Shown: piece by piece, positions 17,280-26,212 of the stretch
How positions within the stretch are numbered: position 1 is the stretch's first letter
Layout of the letters: each line of letters opens with the position of its first letter
Assembly (NCBI GenBank): GCA_017439235.1
Contig: JAFSJN010000005.1
Span: forward strand, 3,066-67,065
Direction: 5' to 3'
DNA length: 64,000 nt
DNA from: Paludibacteraceae bacterium
GTDB taxonomy: Bacteria; Bacteroidota; Bacteroidia; Bacteroidales; Paludibacteraceae
Program-made: the position numbers and the translations under genes
The notes under the pieces: generated by a model
The model's input: only the letters and a program-made list of their open reading frames with translations
Databases searched by the model: none
Told to the model about the DNA's origin: nothing

Positions 17280-19494
17280 CACCAACACCCTTATCCGCAG
17301 TTGCGAGGACGCACGTCCTGCGCAGGTAGAGGCGGCGCCGGAAGATACGTTGTATCCTTCGCTACTCACGCTGCGCGCCGGTTATCAGACAGCAGGACGC
17401 GGACAACAGGGTAATGGTTGGGAGAGTGAACCGCAGGCTAATCTGCTGTTCTCCACCCTTATCCGTCCTGATGCGCTGCCTGCCGATAGACAATTTATCC
17501 TCTCGGTGATGGTAAGTGTAGCTTTATGGCGCATGGTGGCGACTCTGCCGGGCATAGAGGCCGACAGGCTGACTATCAAATGGCCCAATGACCTGTATTA
17601 CGACGATGGCAAATTGGCGGGCATGCTCATTGAGAATACCTTGAGCGCCGGACAGGTAAGTAGTGCCGTAGCCGGCATAGGTCTCAATGTCAACCAGACG
17701 ACTTTTACCGCTGCCCCCAATCCTATATCGTTGAAGATGATCACCGGTCGCAAGTATGCATGTCAGGACTTGCTACTTGGTTTCCTGGAGCAGTTGAAGG
17801 AGGCGTTGGAGGAAGCGGAAGAGAGTATTTGGCAGACGTACCGCGAGCACCTGTACAGACGTCAAGGATGGTGGTGGTGGCAACCGCGTGAGGTGGATAC
17901 GACGCCTAACCTGCCTGTATGGAAGGCCGACGAGACGGATAACTCGCGTTTTGAGGCCGCCATCGACGAGGTGACCGAGGACGGACGCTTGGGATTAGTG
18001 ACGCGGCAGGGCGAGAAACGGCATTATCATTTTAAGCAGATACGCTACATACACTACCTTTTGTTGCTGCTCTTGACGTTGGTGGGGTTTGGCTGTAAGG
18101 AACGTAACGTACCGGAGGAGGAACAGTCGGTCAATGATACCACCGATACCCGCACCGCCGACCAGAAACGCAACCCGGCCTACCTGTACGATATAACGGC
18201 TGTGCCGGAGATAACCATCACCGTGACCGAGGAAGACTGGAATACCTACCTGCATAATTTTGACCGCAATCATCATAACTCAATCTATGTGCCGGCTAAA
18301 TGGACTTTCCGCAAGGGTGACGAGGTCTGGCATCGCGACAGCGTAGGACTGCGTGCTCGTGGCAATACCAGTCGTAGGCGTCCGGAAGGCAGTGCCGGTC
18401 AAGACCATGTGCGTAACGGTGCCGAATGGCATCATGCGCATTTTGGTATCAAGTTTACCGAATACACCACCGGCGAACGCTTCTTCGGCAGCGACCGCGT
18501 AGTACTCAAATGGTTCAATAACGACCCGTCCTACTGCCGTGAGATCTTCTGTTACGACCTCTTCCGCCGTTTCGACGTGTGGAGTGCTCCGCGGGCGAGT
18601 TATTGTAGGTTGTATATTCATATCGAGGGCGATGACGAGCCGGCCTATTTTGGTGTCTACGCCTTGATAGAAGGTGTGCGCAAAGGATGGCTGGACGACC
18701 GCAAGAAAGACGGTTATCTGCCCGACAATACAGGTAATATATGGAAGGCGGCCTACAATATGTGCGGACAGGCCGACTTGAGTGACTTCAACTCGACACG
18801 CACCGGCAAGATGGGCGTGGCGGATGACGAGCACCTCTATTCGTATGCACTAAAGACGAATAAAGAGAAGTTATCTGCCGCCAAGACGGAACTGTATAAC
18901 TTCATGGAGAAGATGCGTCCCCTGACCAGCGGTACCGAGCAACTGAAGACCTATTTGGAGGAGAATATGGATGTAGACTTATTCCTGCGGGCCTTGGCTG
19001 TCAATGTAGCGGTAGGTATGTGGGACGACTATTGGGTGAATGCCAATAACTACTACTTCTATTTCGATGCCAATCATCGTTTTTACTTTGTCCCTTACGA
19101 CTACGACAATACCTTAGGTACCACCAAACCCATTAACGGTTTGCAGAATGCGGGCACACAAAATCCGCTCTATTGGGGTTCACGTAACGGGGATAGGTTA
19201 TTGATACGCAAGGTGCTCAGTATATCCGCCTATGAGCAGAAGTACAAAGACTATTTGAAACAAATCATCACTTCGCCTAATCTGATGGAACCAGAAGCGG
19301 CTATGCAACGTGTACGCGACCTGCAAGCCCTCGTTCGCGACTATGTGCCCAACGATACGGGAGAAGATAACGAGATAGCCGACCGACCCAGTCCGGAAGG
19401 CAGTAATATACAATATCGTCTGCTGTCAGGCGATAGTCAAGGACGCGACAATAGTAATTTTTTCCGTACCAAAGCCGCGTCTATCACTTGGTAA
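17257..19494 (+). CDS. birA: Fused ORF: biotin-[acetyl-CoA-carboxylase] ligase (BirA, about aa 1-262) joined in frame to a CotH kinase-family protein (about aa 262-745)
   Basis: The N-terminal part has STN and GRGQQGNGWES (GRGRxGRxW-type biotin-binding loop). From aa ~262 comes a lipoprotein-like signal RYIHYLLLLLLTLVGFGC, then CotH-type motifs (RGNTSRR, WDDYWVNANNYYFYFD, VPYDYDNTLG). No stop codon separates the two parts. Confidence 0.8.
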   Translation: MYIRQTNSTNTLIRSCEDARPAQVEAAPEDTLYPSLLTLRAGYQTAGRGQQGNGWESEPQANLLFSTLIRPDALPADRQFILSVMVSVALWRMVATLPGIEADRLTIKWPNDLYYDDGKLAGMLIENTLSAGQVSSAVAGIGLNVNQTTFTAAPNPISLKMITGRKYACQDLLLGFLEQLKEALEEAEESIWQTYREHLYRRQGWWWWQPREVDTTPNLPVWKADETDNSRFEAAIDEVTEDGRLGLVTRQGEKRHYHFKQIRYIHYLLLLLLTLVGFGCKERNVPEEEQSVNDTTDTRTADQKRNPAYLYDITAVPEITITVTEEDWNTYLHNFDRNHHNSIYVPAKWTFRKGDEVWHRDSVGLRARGNTSRRRPEGSAGQDHVRNGAEWHHAHFGIKFTEYTTGERFFGSDRVVLKWFNNDPSYCREIFCYDLFRRFDVWSAPRASYCRLYIHIEGDDEPAYFGVYALIEGVRKGWLDDRKKDGYLPDNTGNIWKAAYNMCGQADLSDFNSTRTGKMGVADDEHLYSYALKTNKEKLSAAKTELYNFMEKMRPLTSGTEQLKTYLEENMDVDLFLRALAVNVAVGMWDDYWVNANNYYFYFDANHRFYFVPYDYDNTLGTTKPINGLQNAGTQNPLYWGSRNGDRLLIRKVLSISAYEQKYKDYLKQIITSPNLMEPEAAMQRVRDLQALVRDYVPNDTGEDNEIADRPSPEGSNIQYRLLSGDSQGRDNSNFFRTKAASITW

Positions 19495-19497
19495 AAA

Positions 19498-20643
19498 ATG
19501 AACAACACTATGAATACAATCCTTATCACCGGCGGAGCCGGATTTATCGGCAGCCATGTAGTGCGCCTGTTTGTCAACAAGTACCCGGAGTATCGTATTA
19601 TCAATGTAGATAAACTGACCTACGCCGGTAATCTGGCTAACCTCAAGGATATAGAGGAAAAGCCTAATTATCGTTTTGTGAAGGCCGACATCTGCGATTT
19701 TGATACCATCAGTGCCCTGATGCGTGACGAACAGGTGAGCGGTATTATCCACTTAGCGGCTGAGAGTCACGTGGATCGCAGTATCAAAGACCCGTTCACC
19801 TTTGCCCGCACCAATGTGTTGGGCACACTGAGTCTGCTGCAGGCCGCTCGTCTATATTGGGAGTCGCTGCCCGAGAAATACGAAGGCAAGCGTTTCTATC
19901 ATATTTCTACCGACGAGGTATACGGCGCTTTGGAGATGACGCATCCAGAAGGTATCCAACCGCCCTTCACCACTACCGCCTCGTCGACGGAGCATCACTT
20001 AGCATACGGCGAAGAGTTCTTCTACGAGACAACGAAGTATAATCCTCATAGTCCCTATTCGGCCTCCAAAGCTTCCAGTGACCACTTCGTGCGTGCCTTC
20101 CACGATACCTACGGAATGCCCGTTATCGTAACCAACTGCTCGAATAACTACGGCCCGTATCAGTTCCCGGAAAAACTGATACCCCTCTTCATCAATAATA
20201 TCCGTCATCGCAAACCGCTGCCGGTATATGGTAAGGGCGAGAATGTGCGCGACTGGCTGTTTGTAGAAGACCACGCACGGGCTATCGACCTGATATTCCA
20301 TAAGGGTACTATTGCCGAGACCTACAACATAGGCGGGTTCAATGAATGGAAGAATATCGACCTTATCAAGGTAGTTATCCGCACCGTGGATAAGTTGCTC
20401 GGCCGCAAGGAGGGGGAGGACTTAGACTTGATCACCTTTGTTACTGACCGCGCCGGTCACGATATGCGTTATGCTATCGATAGCACCAAACTGCAACGCG
20501 AATTAGGTTGGGAACCCTCGCTACAGTTCGAAGAGGGCATAGAAAAAACAGTCCGCTGGTACTTGGACCATCAGGACTGGTTAGACAATATTACATCTGG
20601 TGAGTACGAGAAGTACTACGAGTCGATGTATAAGGACAGATAA
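19498..20643 (+). CDS. rfbB: dTDP-glucose 4,6-dehydratase
   Basis: 381 aa. GGAGFIGSH Rossmann motif, YSASKASSD catalytic YxxxK, and overall RfbB layout. Confidence 0.95.
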   Translation: MNNTMNTILITGGAGFIGSHVVRLFVNKYPEYRIINVDKLTYAGNLANLKDIEEKPNYRFVKADICDFDTISALMRDEQVSGIIHLAAESHVDRSIKDPFTFARTNVLGTLSLLQAARLYWESLPEKYEGKRFYHISTDEVYGALEMTHPEGIQPPFTTTASSTEHHLAYGEEFFYETTKYNPHSPYSASKASSDHFVRAFHDTYGMPVIVTNCSNNYGPYQFPEKLIPLFINNIRHRKPLPVYGKGENVRDWLFVEDHARAIDLIFHKGTIAETYNIGGFNEWKNIDLIKVVIRTVDKLLGRKEGEDLDLITFVTDRAGHDMRYAIDSTKLQRELGWEPSLQFEEGIEKTVRWYLDHQDWLDNITSGEYEKYYESMYKDR

Positions 20644-21209
20644 TGGTATAACCGTTCTACCGGCAGGCCCATCACATTGAAATAGGAGCCGTTGATGCCG
20701 GTGACTCCGATATATCCTATCCATTCCTGGATACCGTATGCACCCGCTTTGTCGTAAGGACGATAGCGGGTGACATATTCTTGTATCTCCGTATCCGTTA
20801 AGGCGCGAAAAGTGACATCCGTGGTATCGTAGAACGAGACTGCCTCATGCGTGGCGGCTAACTCGCCCATAGGTGTCAAGGTCACACCGGTATATACCTG
20901 GTGCGTCTTGCCACTCAGTAGATGTAGCATGTGACACGCCTCCTGTTCGTCTCTGGGTTTGCCCATCACCTGCCCCTCTAACCAGACGATGGTATCGGCT
21001 GTAATGAGCAGTCCTTGTTGATGAGGATAGCACTCTACATACGCCTGCGCCTTCGCGCGCGAGATATATAAAGGTATCTCGCCGCCCTGCAACGACGGTG
21101 GATAGGTCTCTTCGATTTCCACGGCTACAATATCGTAGGGAATATTCAGACCACCCAATAACTCACGTCGGCGAGGCGATTGACTGCACAGAAAAAGGGG
21201 AGGATACAT
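20616..21209 (-). CDS. maf: Maf family nucleoside triphosphate pyrophosphatase
   Basis: 197 aa. LCSQSPRRRELL, ADTIV and DKAGAYGIQ motifs. Convergent 28-nt overlap with rfbB. Confidence 0.92.
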   Translation of the reverse strand: MYPPLFLCSQSPRRRELLGGLNIPYDIVAVEIEETYPPSLQGGEIPLYISRAKAQAYVECYPHQQGLLITADTIVWLEGQVMGKPRDEQEACHMLHLLSGKTHQVYTGVTLTPMGELAATHEAVSFYDTTDVTFRALTDTEIQEYVTRYRPYDKAGAYGIQEWIGYIGVTGINGSYFNVMGLPVERLYHYLSLYIDS

Positions 21210-21212
21210 GGT

Positions 21213-22166
21213 CTATAAGCAACGCTCGATAACAAAACTGTACAAGATACCCATCAGCATGGTGAACTTAACGACCAGTTGTGCCGTGCGGTAGTCGGAG
21301 GGGATACGAGCCGCCCACATCAACCACATCGCACACCACAGAGGCGTGAGGATACCAAAGAGTATATAGCGCGAACTGAGGGTGTTCCATGCATGCGGAT
21401 AGGGCAAGGTGAAGAGTCCTATCCAGCATAAGAGTGCCGTTGTCACCCCTGCTATGACGGTTACGAGAATCTTAGTAGCCGTATCGCCCAAACGGATGGG
21501 TAGAGTGTGGCACTCCAGTTCGCGGTCGCCTTCTTGGTCTTGCAGGTCTTTGATGATCTCGCGTATCCACGTGATGAGGAAAGCAAACAAAGCAAAGCCT
21601 CCCAACCACATATATAAGTCGTGTTCGCAGGAGGAGTAACTCATGATAGCCCCAAAACGATGGCGCAGGAGACCCACATTGGCCATTGCTATAGTGATCG
21701 GTGGTAAGGCGGCCAGAAAGGAGACAATGAGGTTGCCTACAAAAAACTGACGCTTATACGATGAGGAATAGAACCACAGCAGACCGGGGGTGAAGAGCAT
21801 CACGAGCGCCAACATCCAACTGCGTGTCAACCATGCTGCGGCTAATCCGCAGAGGACACCAAAGACCGAGAAGGACAGGTGCAAACGCATAGCGGCCTGT
21901 TTGCTGACAGCGGCCGAGACGATGAGACGCTCCGGACGGTTGATGCGGTCAATCTTAATGTCGAAATAGTCATTGATGACATAGCCTCCTGCCGCGATAA
22001 AAACCACCGCCATCATGAGCAACATCAGCACGTACCAGGGCATCTGAGCACCGAAATGCAGGTGGTTGAGCACCGGCTCAGCCACCCACAACTCCATGAC
22101 GCCCATCAGCACGAGGAGCATCAGCAGGTTAGACCATCGTATAAGACGCAAGTAGGCAGAGAACAT
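21213..22166 (-). CDS. UbiA family prenyltransferase
   Basis: 317 aa, multi-TM. NDYFDIKIDRINRPERL (NDxxDxxxD) motif. Confidence 0.88.
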   Translation of the reverse strand: MFSAYLRLIRWSNLLMLLVLMGVMELWVAEPVLNHLHFGAQMPWYVLMLLMMAVVFIAAGGYVINDYFDIKIDRINRPERLIVSAAVSKQAAMRLHLSFSVFGVLCGLAAAWLTRSWMLALVMLFTPGLLWFYSSSYKRQFFVGNLIVSFLAALPPITIAMANVGLLRHRFGAIMSYSSCEHDLYMWLGGFALFAFLITWIREIIKDLQDQEGDRELECHTLPIRLGDTATKILVTVIAGVTTALLCWIGLFTLPYPHAWNTLSSRYILFGILTPLWCAMWLMWAARIPSDYRTAQLVVKFTMLMGILYSFVIERCL

Positions 22167-22167
22167 C

Positions 22168-23826
22168 TTATTTCTTGGCTTTAGTAGCTTTGGTTATTTG
22201 CAGGATGACGCTCTTCCAAGCCGGTAATGTCAGGCATACAGGCTCGGTAGAGGAGAACGGCAAGCGGGCATACTTGGTGCCAGTCAATAGGTCGACAGCC
22301 TTAGCTTCAGCCCATTCATCGAGACCCAGGTATTCGAACGCTTTAGCTGGGATACGCACTTTGACATCCACTGGCTTATCATCGAAGTTCATGACAATCA
22401 GCAATGTCTCACCTTTGGTACTGCGAATAAAGGCATACTGCTGTTGACGATTGAAACCGTCACCCTGGGCATACTCCAAGTCATACATCTTGCCTTCGTT
22501 GATAGCTTTGTGGTCACGGGCTATAGTGAGCAGGTGTTGATAGAAGAAGCGTAGCGATTTCTGTTCCTCATTGAGCAGTTTGCCGTCAAACTTACCATTA
22601 TTTGCCCAGGCCTGCAGCGACTTAACGCCCCAGTAGTCGAATATACTGCTGCGGCCGTCTATGCCGCTGAATCCTTCTACATCCATTCCTGTCTCGCCCA
22701 GCTCCTGACCGGCATAAACCATGACAGGGTTAGTACCTAAGGTGGCCGCTACCGTCATGGCAGGCTCGGCACACATACCGCGACCGCAGAAGAAGCCGGA
22801 AGCCAGACGTTGCTCATCGTGGTTCTCCAGGAAATAGAGCATATGATCACGAATATCTTCTACGGCTTGCCATTGACCAGTGATGCCTTCGGCTGTCCAC
22901 CCCTTGGAAGTCACGCCACGCAGGTATTCATACATACCGACCTTGTCGTAGAGGTATTCGAAGCCGGCGGCTAAGAAATCACGATAGCACTCGGGTTTGT
23001 AGCACTCGGCAATGAGTTGCACATGCGGGAAGGACTTGTGTAACGCAGGGATAACCCAACGCCAAAATTCGATGGGCACCATCTCCGCCATGTCGACACG
23101 AAAAGCATCGACACCCTTGCCCGCCCAGAACTTAAGGATGCCGCGCATCTTAAGCCAGGTGTCGGGAATAGGGTCAAACTGTTTCTCGCCGCCACCCAGA
23201 TAGTGTACACCGTAATTCAGTTTGATAGTCTCGTACCAGTCATCACGTGTCGGATGAGGAGTGAAACAATCGTTACCGGTAGCTTTAGCCGGATACTCTT
23301 CGTAACCTTCGATGGGGAACTGAGGTGCAAAGGGCTGACCGGGGATATAGTAAAAGTTGTTGAGCGGAGAGAAAGCCCATTCAGGATGGTCGTTCTGTCC
23401 TAAGTCTTTTACTCCGCGAGGTTTGCACTTGGATTTATATTCGCGACTGACATGATTGGGGATAAAGTCGATGATGACTTTTAACCCTGCAACATGCGTG
23501 CGCGCCACTAAAGCCTCAAACTCTTCCATGCGCTTGGTCTCATCTTCTGCTAAGTCGGGATCGACATCATAGTAGTCGGTGATAGCATACGGACTGCCGG
23601 CCTTGCCTTTGGTTATCGAAGGATTATTATGCTCGGCGGTAGCGTGACGTATGACGCCCGTGTACCAAACATGCGTAGCACCTAAATCCACGATAGTCTT
23701 GAGGGCTTTAGGGGTAATCAGGTTAAAGGTCCCGCAACCATTCTGCTCACGCGTGCCGTTGGGGAGACGCGTCGTGTTGTAATTGGTGAAGGTACGCGGG
23801 AAGAGTTGATAGATGATAGGTTTCAT
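22168..23826 (-). CDS. Alpha-amylase family glycoside hydrolase (GH13)
   Basis: 552 aa. GH13 conserved regions DFIPNHVS, GVDAFRVDMA, IAECY and FLENHDEQR. No signal peptide is visible. Confidence 0.9.
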   Translation of the reverse strand: MKPIIYQLFPRTFTNYNTTRLPNGTREQNGCGTFNLITPKALKTIVDLGATHVWYTGVIRHATAEHNNPSITKGKAGSPYAITDYYDVDPDLAEDETKRMEEFEALVARTHVAGLKVIIDFIPNHVSREYKSKCKPRGVKDLGQNDHPEWAFSPLNNFYYIPGQPFAPQFPIEGYEEYPAKATGNDCFTPHPTRDDWYETIKLNYGVHYLGGGEKQFDPIPDTWLKMRGILKFWAGKGVDAFRVDMAEMVPIEFWRWVIPALHKSFPHVQLIAECYKPECYRDFLAAGFEYLYDKVGMYEYLRGVTSKGWTAEGITGQWQAVEDIRDHMLYFLENHDEQRLASGFFCGRGMCAEPAMTVAATLGTNPVMVYAGQELGETGMDVEGFSGIDGRSSIFDYWGVKSLQAWANNGKFDGKLLNEEQKSLRFFYQHLLTIARDHKAINEGKMYDLEYAQGDGFNRQQQYAFIRSTKGETLLIVMNFDDKPVDVKVRIPAKAFEYLGLDEWAEAKAVDLLTGTKYARLPFSSTEPVCLTLPAWKSVILQITKATKAKK

Positions 23827-25016
23827 ACCAGAGCTTGGGTATCTAATGCAATCATTAATTCTTCATCGGTGGGGATGACGCACACCTTGACGCGGCTCGT
23901 AGGAGTAGAGATAATCTTCTCTTCACCGCGTGAACCGTTATTGGCGTTCTCGTCTAATTCGAGACCAAGATAACTGAGTCCTTTAGCTATCTCGCCGCGG
24001 ATATACCAGTCGTTCTCACCTATACCTCCGGTGAAGACCAATATATCCAACCCATTCATGGCAGCCGCATAGGCACCGATGTATTTCTTTACGCGATAGA
24101 TAAACATACGACGAGCGAGGTCGGCGCGGGCATTACCCTGTTGGATGGCGGCATCTATGTCGCGGGCATCACTGGACACACCACTTACACCCATCAGTCC
24201 GGATTTCTTATTGACGAGGTTAGAGAACTCGGCGGTGGTCAGGTGCTCCTTATCCATGATATAAGTAGCGGCACCTAAGTCCAAATCGCCGGCGCGTGTA
24301 CCCATCATCAGACCCTCTACCGGGGTAAGACCCATAGAGGTATCTACCGATTGACCATCTTTAACGGCTGCACAACTACCACCATTACCAATATGGGCAG
24401 TAACTATCTTAGTGCCTTTTGCGGGAATGCCCAAGAACTCGCACACGCGGGCAGAGACATAACGGTGACTCGTACCGTGGAAACCGTAACGACGGATGGC
24501 ATATTTCTCATATAACTCATAGGGCAGGGCATACATATACGCCTCGTCGGGCATGGTCTGGTGGAAGGCAGTATCGAAGACGCCTACCTGCGGTACGCCG
24601 GGCAGAGTTTGCTCGATAGCATCTATACCTTTGAGATTGGCGGGATTGTGTAGCGGAGCCAGGTCGGCACATTTAACAATCATGTCCTTCACCTCGGGAG
24701 TGATCAGTACCGATTTGTTGAATTTCTCGCCACCATGTACTACGCGATGACCAACGGCATTGATCTCATTGAGCGACTTCAGGCAACCAATTTTCGGGTC
24801 CACCAACGTGTCCAGGATAAGACGAATACCTACAGTATGTTCCGGCATAGGTTTCTCTATCTTTACTTTCTCACCGTTGGGTAACTTAACTTGCAGGAAG
24901 GAATCGGGCAGACCTATCTTTTCTACGCCGCCTTGTGCCATTACTTGCTTGCTCTCCATAGCGAAGAGCTTGTATTTAATGCTACTGCTACCGCAGTTCA
25001 AAACCAGAATTTTCAT
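23823..25016 (-). CDS. ackA: Acetate kinase
   Basis: Start trimmed to MKILVLNCGSSSIKYKLF (ATG 25016). This ATG overlaps the pta stop (ATGA on the minus strand at 25016-25013). The stop overlaps the GH13 start in the same way. Confidence 0.95.
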   Translation of the reverse strand: MKILVLNCGSSSIKYKLFAMESKQVMAQGGVEKIGLPDSFLQVKLPNGEKVKIEKPMPEHTVGIRLILDTLVDPKIGCLKSLNEINAVGHRVVHGGEKFNKSVLITPEVKDMIVKCADLAPLHNPANLKGIDAIEQTLPGVPQVGVFDTAFHQTMPDEAYMYALPYELYEKYAIRRYGFHGTSHRYVSARVCEFLGIPAKGTKIVTAHIGNGGSCAAVKDGQSVDTSMGLTPVEGLMMGTRAGDLDLGAATYIMDKEHLTTAEFSNLVNKKSGLMGVSGVSSDARDIDAAIQQGNARADLARRMFIYRVKKYIGAYAAAMNGLDILVFTGGIGENDWYIRGEIAKGLSYLGLELDENANNGSRGEEKIISTPTSRVKVCVIPTDEELMIALDTQALV

Positions 25017-26011
25017 TTTATTGCTTGATTTGCTGTTATTACTACCATTTGAACAATATCTTGTACCTTGCATCCGCGGCTCAGGTCGTTAACCGGAGCA
25101 GCTATACCCTGCAAGATGGGGCCTACGGCGTCAGCGCCGCTGAAGCGTTCTACTAACTTATAACCGATATTTCCGGCCTGCAGGTCGGGGAATACCAATA
25201 CATTCGCCTTGCCGGCCACAGGACTGTCGGGAGCTTTGGTAGCAGCCACAGAGGCTATCAGTGCGGCATCCGCTTGCAGTTCGCCGTCTATGCTGAGGTT
25301 GGGAGCTAACTCTTTAGCGATGCGGGTAGCTTCGCTGACCTTGTCTACCAATTCATGTTTGGCGCTGCCCTTAGTAGAGAACGACAGCATAGCTACGCGC
25401 GGTTCGATACCGGCAATGCTGCGAGCTGTCTCGGCTGTGGAGACGGCTATCTCGGCCAACTGTTGTGCATCCGGATTGGGGTTGACGGCGCAGTCGGCAA
25501 AGAGCAGGAATCCGTTCTCGCCCAAGTGGGTAGCTTTAGTGAACATGAGGAACGCACCACTCACGATAGAGCAGCCGGGTTGGGTCTTCAGTATCTGGAA
25601 GGCCGGGCGGATGGTGTCGGCCGTAGTGCCGCGTGCACCGGCTAATTCGCCGTCAGCATCACCGTTCTTAATCATCAGACAGCCTAAGTACAGCGGATCA
25701 TGCGCTTTCTTCAATGCTTCCTCTTCGGTCATACCTTTCGCTTTGCGCAGTTCATAGAGCAGATTGGCATAGGCCTGCACCTTAGCGTCTGTAGCGGGAT
25801 CAAAGATGGTAGCACGTGAGATATATTCATAACCTTTCTCGGCGGCCATACTGAGGATTTTGTCCTTTGGACCGATGAGAATCAACTGAGCCAATCCATC
25901 ACGTAAGATGATGTTGGCAGCTTCCAGGGTACGCGGTTCGTCGCCTTCCGGCAATACGATACGTTGCGGGTTCTTCTTCGCCCGCTCCGTCATTTGTTCA
26001 AGAATAGTCAT
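25013..26011 (-). CDS. pta: Phosphate acetyltransferase
   Basis: 332 aa. Typical short-form Pta (RIVLPEGDEPR, SGADAVGPILQG). Confidence 0.95.
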   Translation of the reverse strand: MTILEQMTERAKKNPQRIVLPEGDEPRTLEAANIILRDGLAQLILIGPKDKILSMAAEKGYEYISRATIFDPATDAKVQAYANLLYELRKAKGMTEEEALKKAHDPLYLGCLMIKNGDADGELAGARGTTADTIRPAFQILKTQPGCSIVSGAFLMFTKATHLGENGFLLFADCAVNPNPDAQQLAEIAVSTAETARSIAGIEPRVAMLSFSTKGSAKHELVDKVSEATRIAKELAPNLSIDGELQADAALIASVAATKAPDSPVAGKANVLVFPDLQAGNIGYKLVERFSGADAVGPILQGIAAPVNDLSRGCKVQDIVQMVVITANQAIK

Positions 26012-26075
26012 ATGTGGATTTAAATATTAATGATTTCAATTTTCAATTTTCAAATTTGTGATTTGTTACACGCTA

Positions 26076-26107
26076 CAAAGTTACAAAATCTGTTCCACAT
26101 ACGCAAG
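26076..26107 (-). promoter_or_regulatory. Possible promoter for the pta-ackA string (imperfect -33)
   Basis: caaagtta at 26076-26083 (reverse complement TAACTTTG). At the 20-nt position there is only caag (26104-26107) instead of caaa. Confidence 0.4.
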
Positions 26108-26143
26108 CATATACGTGAATTTTTGTTTTTTTTTGCTAAAATA

Positions 26144-26175
26144 TTTGCATATTTCAAAAAAAAGCAGTACCTTTG
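26144..26175 (+). promoter_or_regulatory. Promoter for the OmpA/LysM gene
   Basis: TTTG at 26144-26147 and TACCTTTG at 26168-26175, 20-nt spacer. It lies inside the track ORF extension, which supports ATG 26213. Confidence 0.7.
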
Positions 26176-26212
26176 CACCCCGAATGTGATTTTACACAGC
26201 AAATACTGCCGT

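Noticed and set aside
26034-26054. Tandem tttcaat x3 mini-repeat in the pta leader
   Set aside because: It is short, AT-rich low-complexity sequence of the kind common in Bacteroidota 5' leaders. It shows no phasing with any promoter element and does not recur elsewhere in the window.
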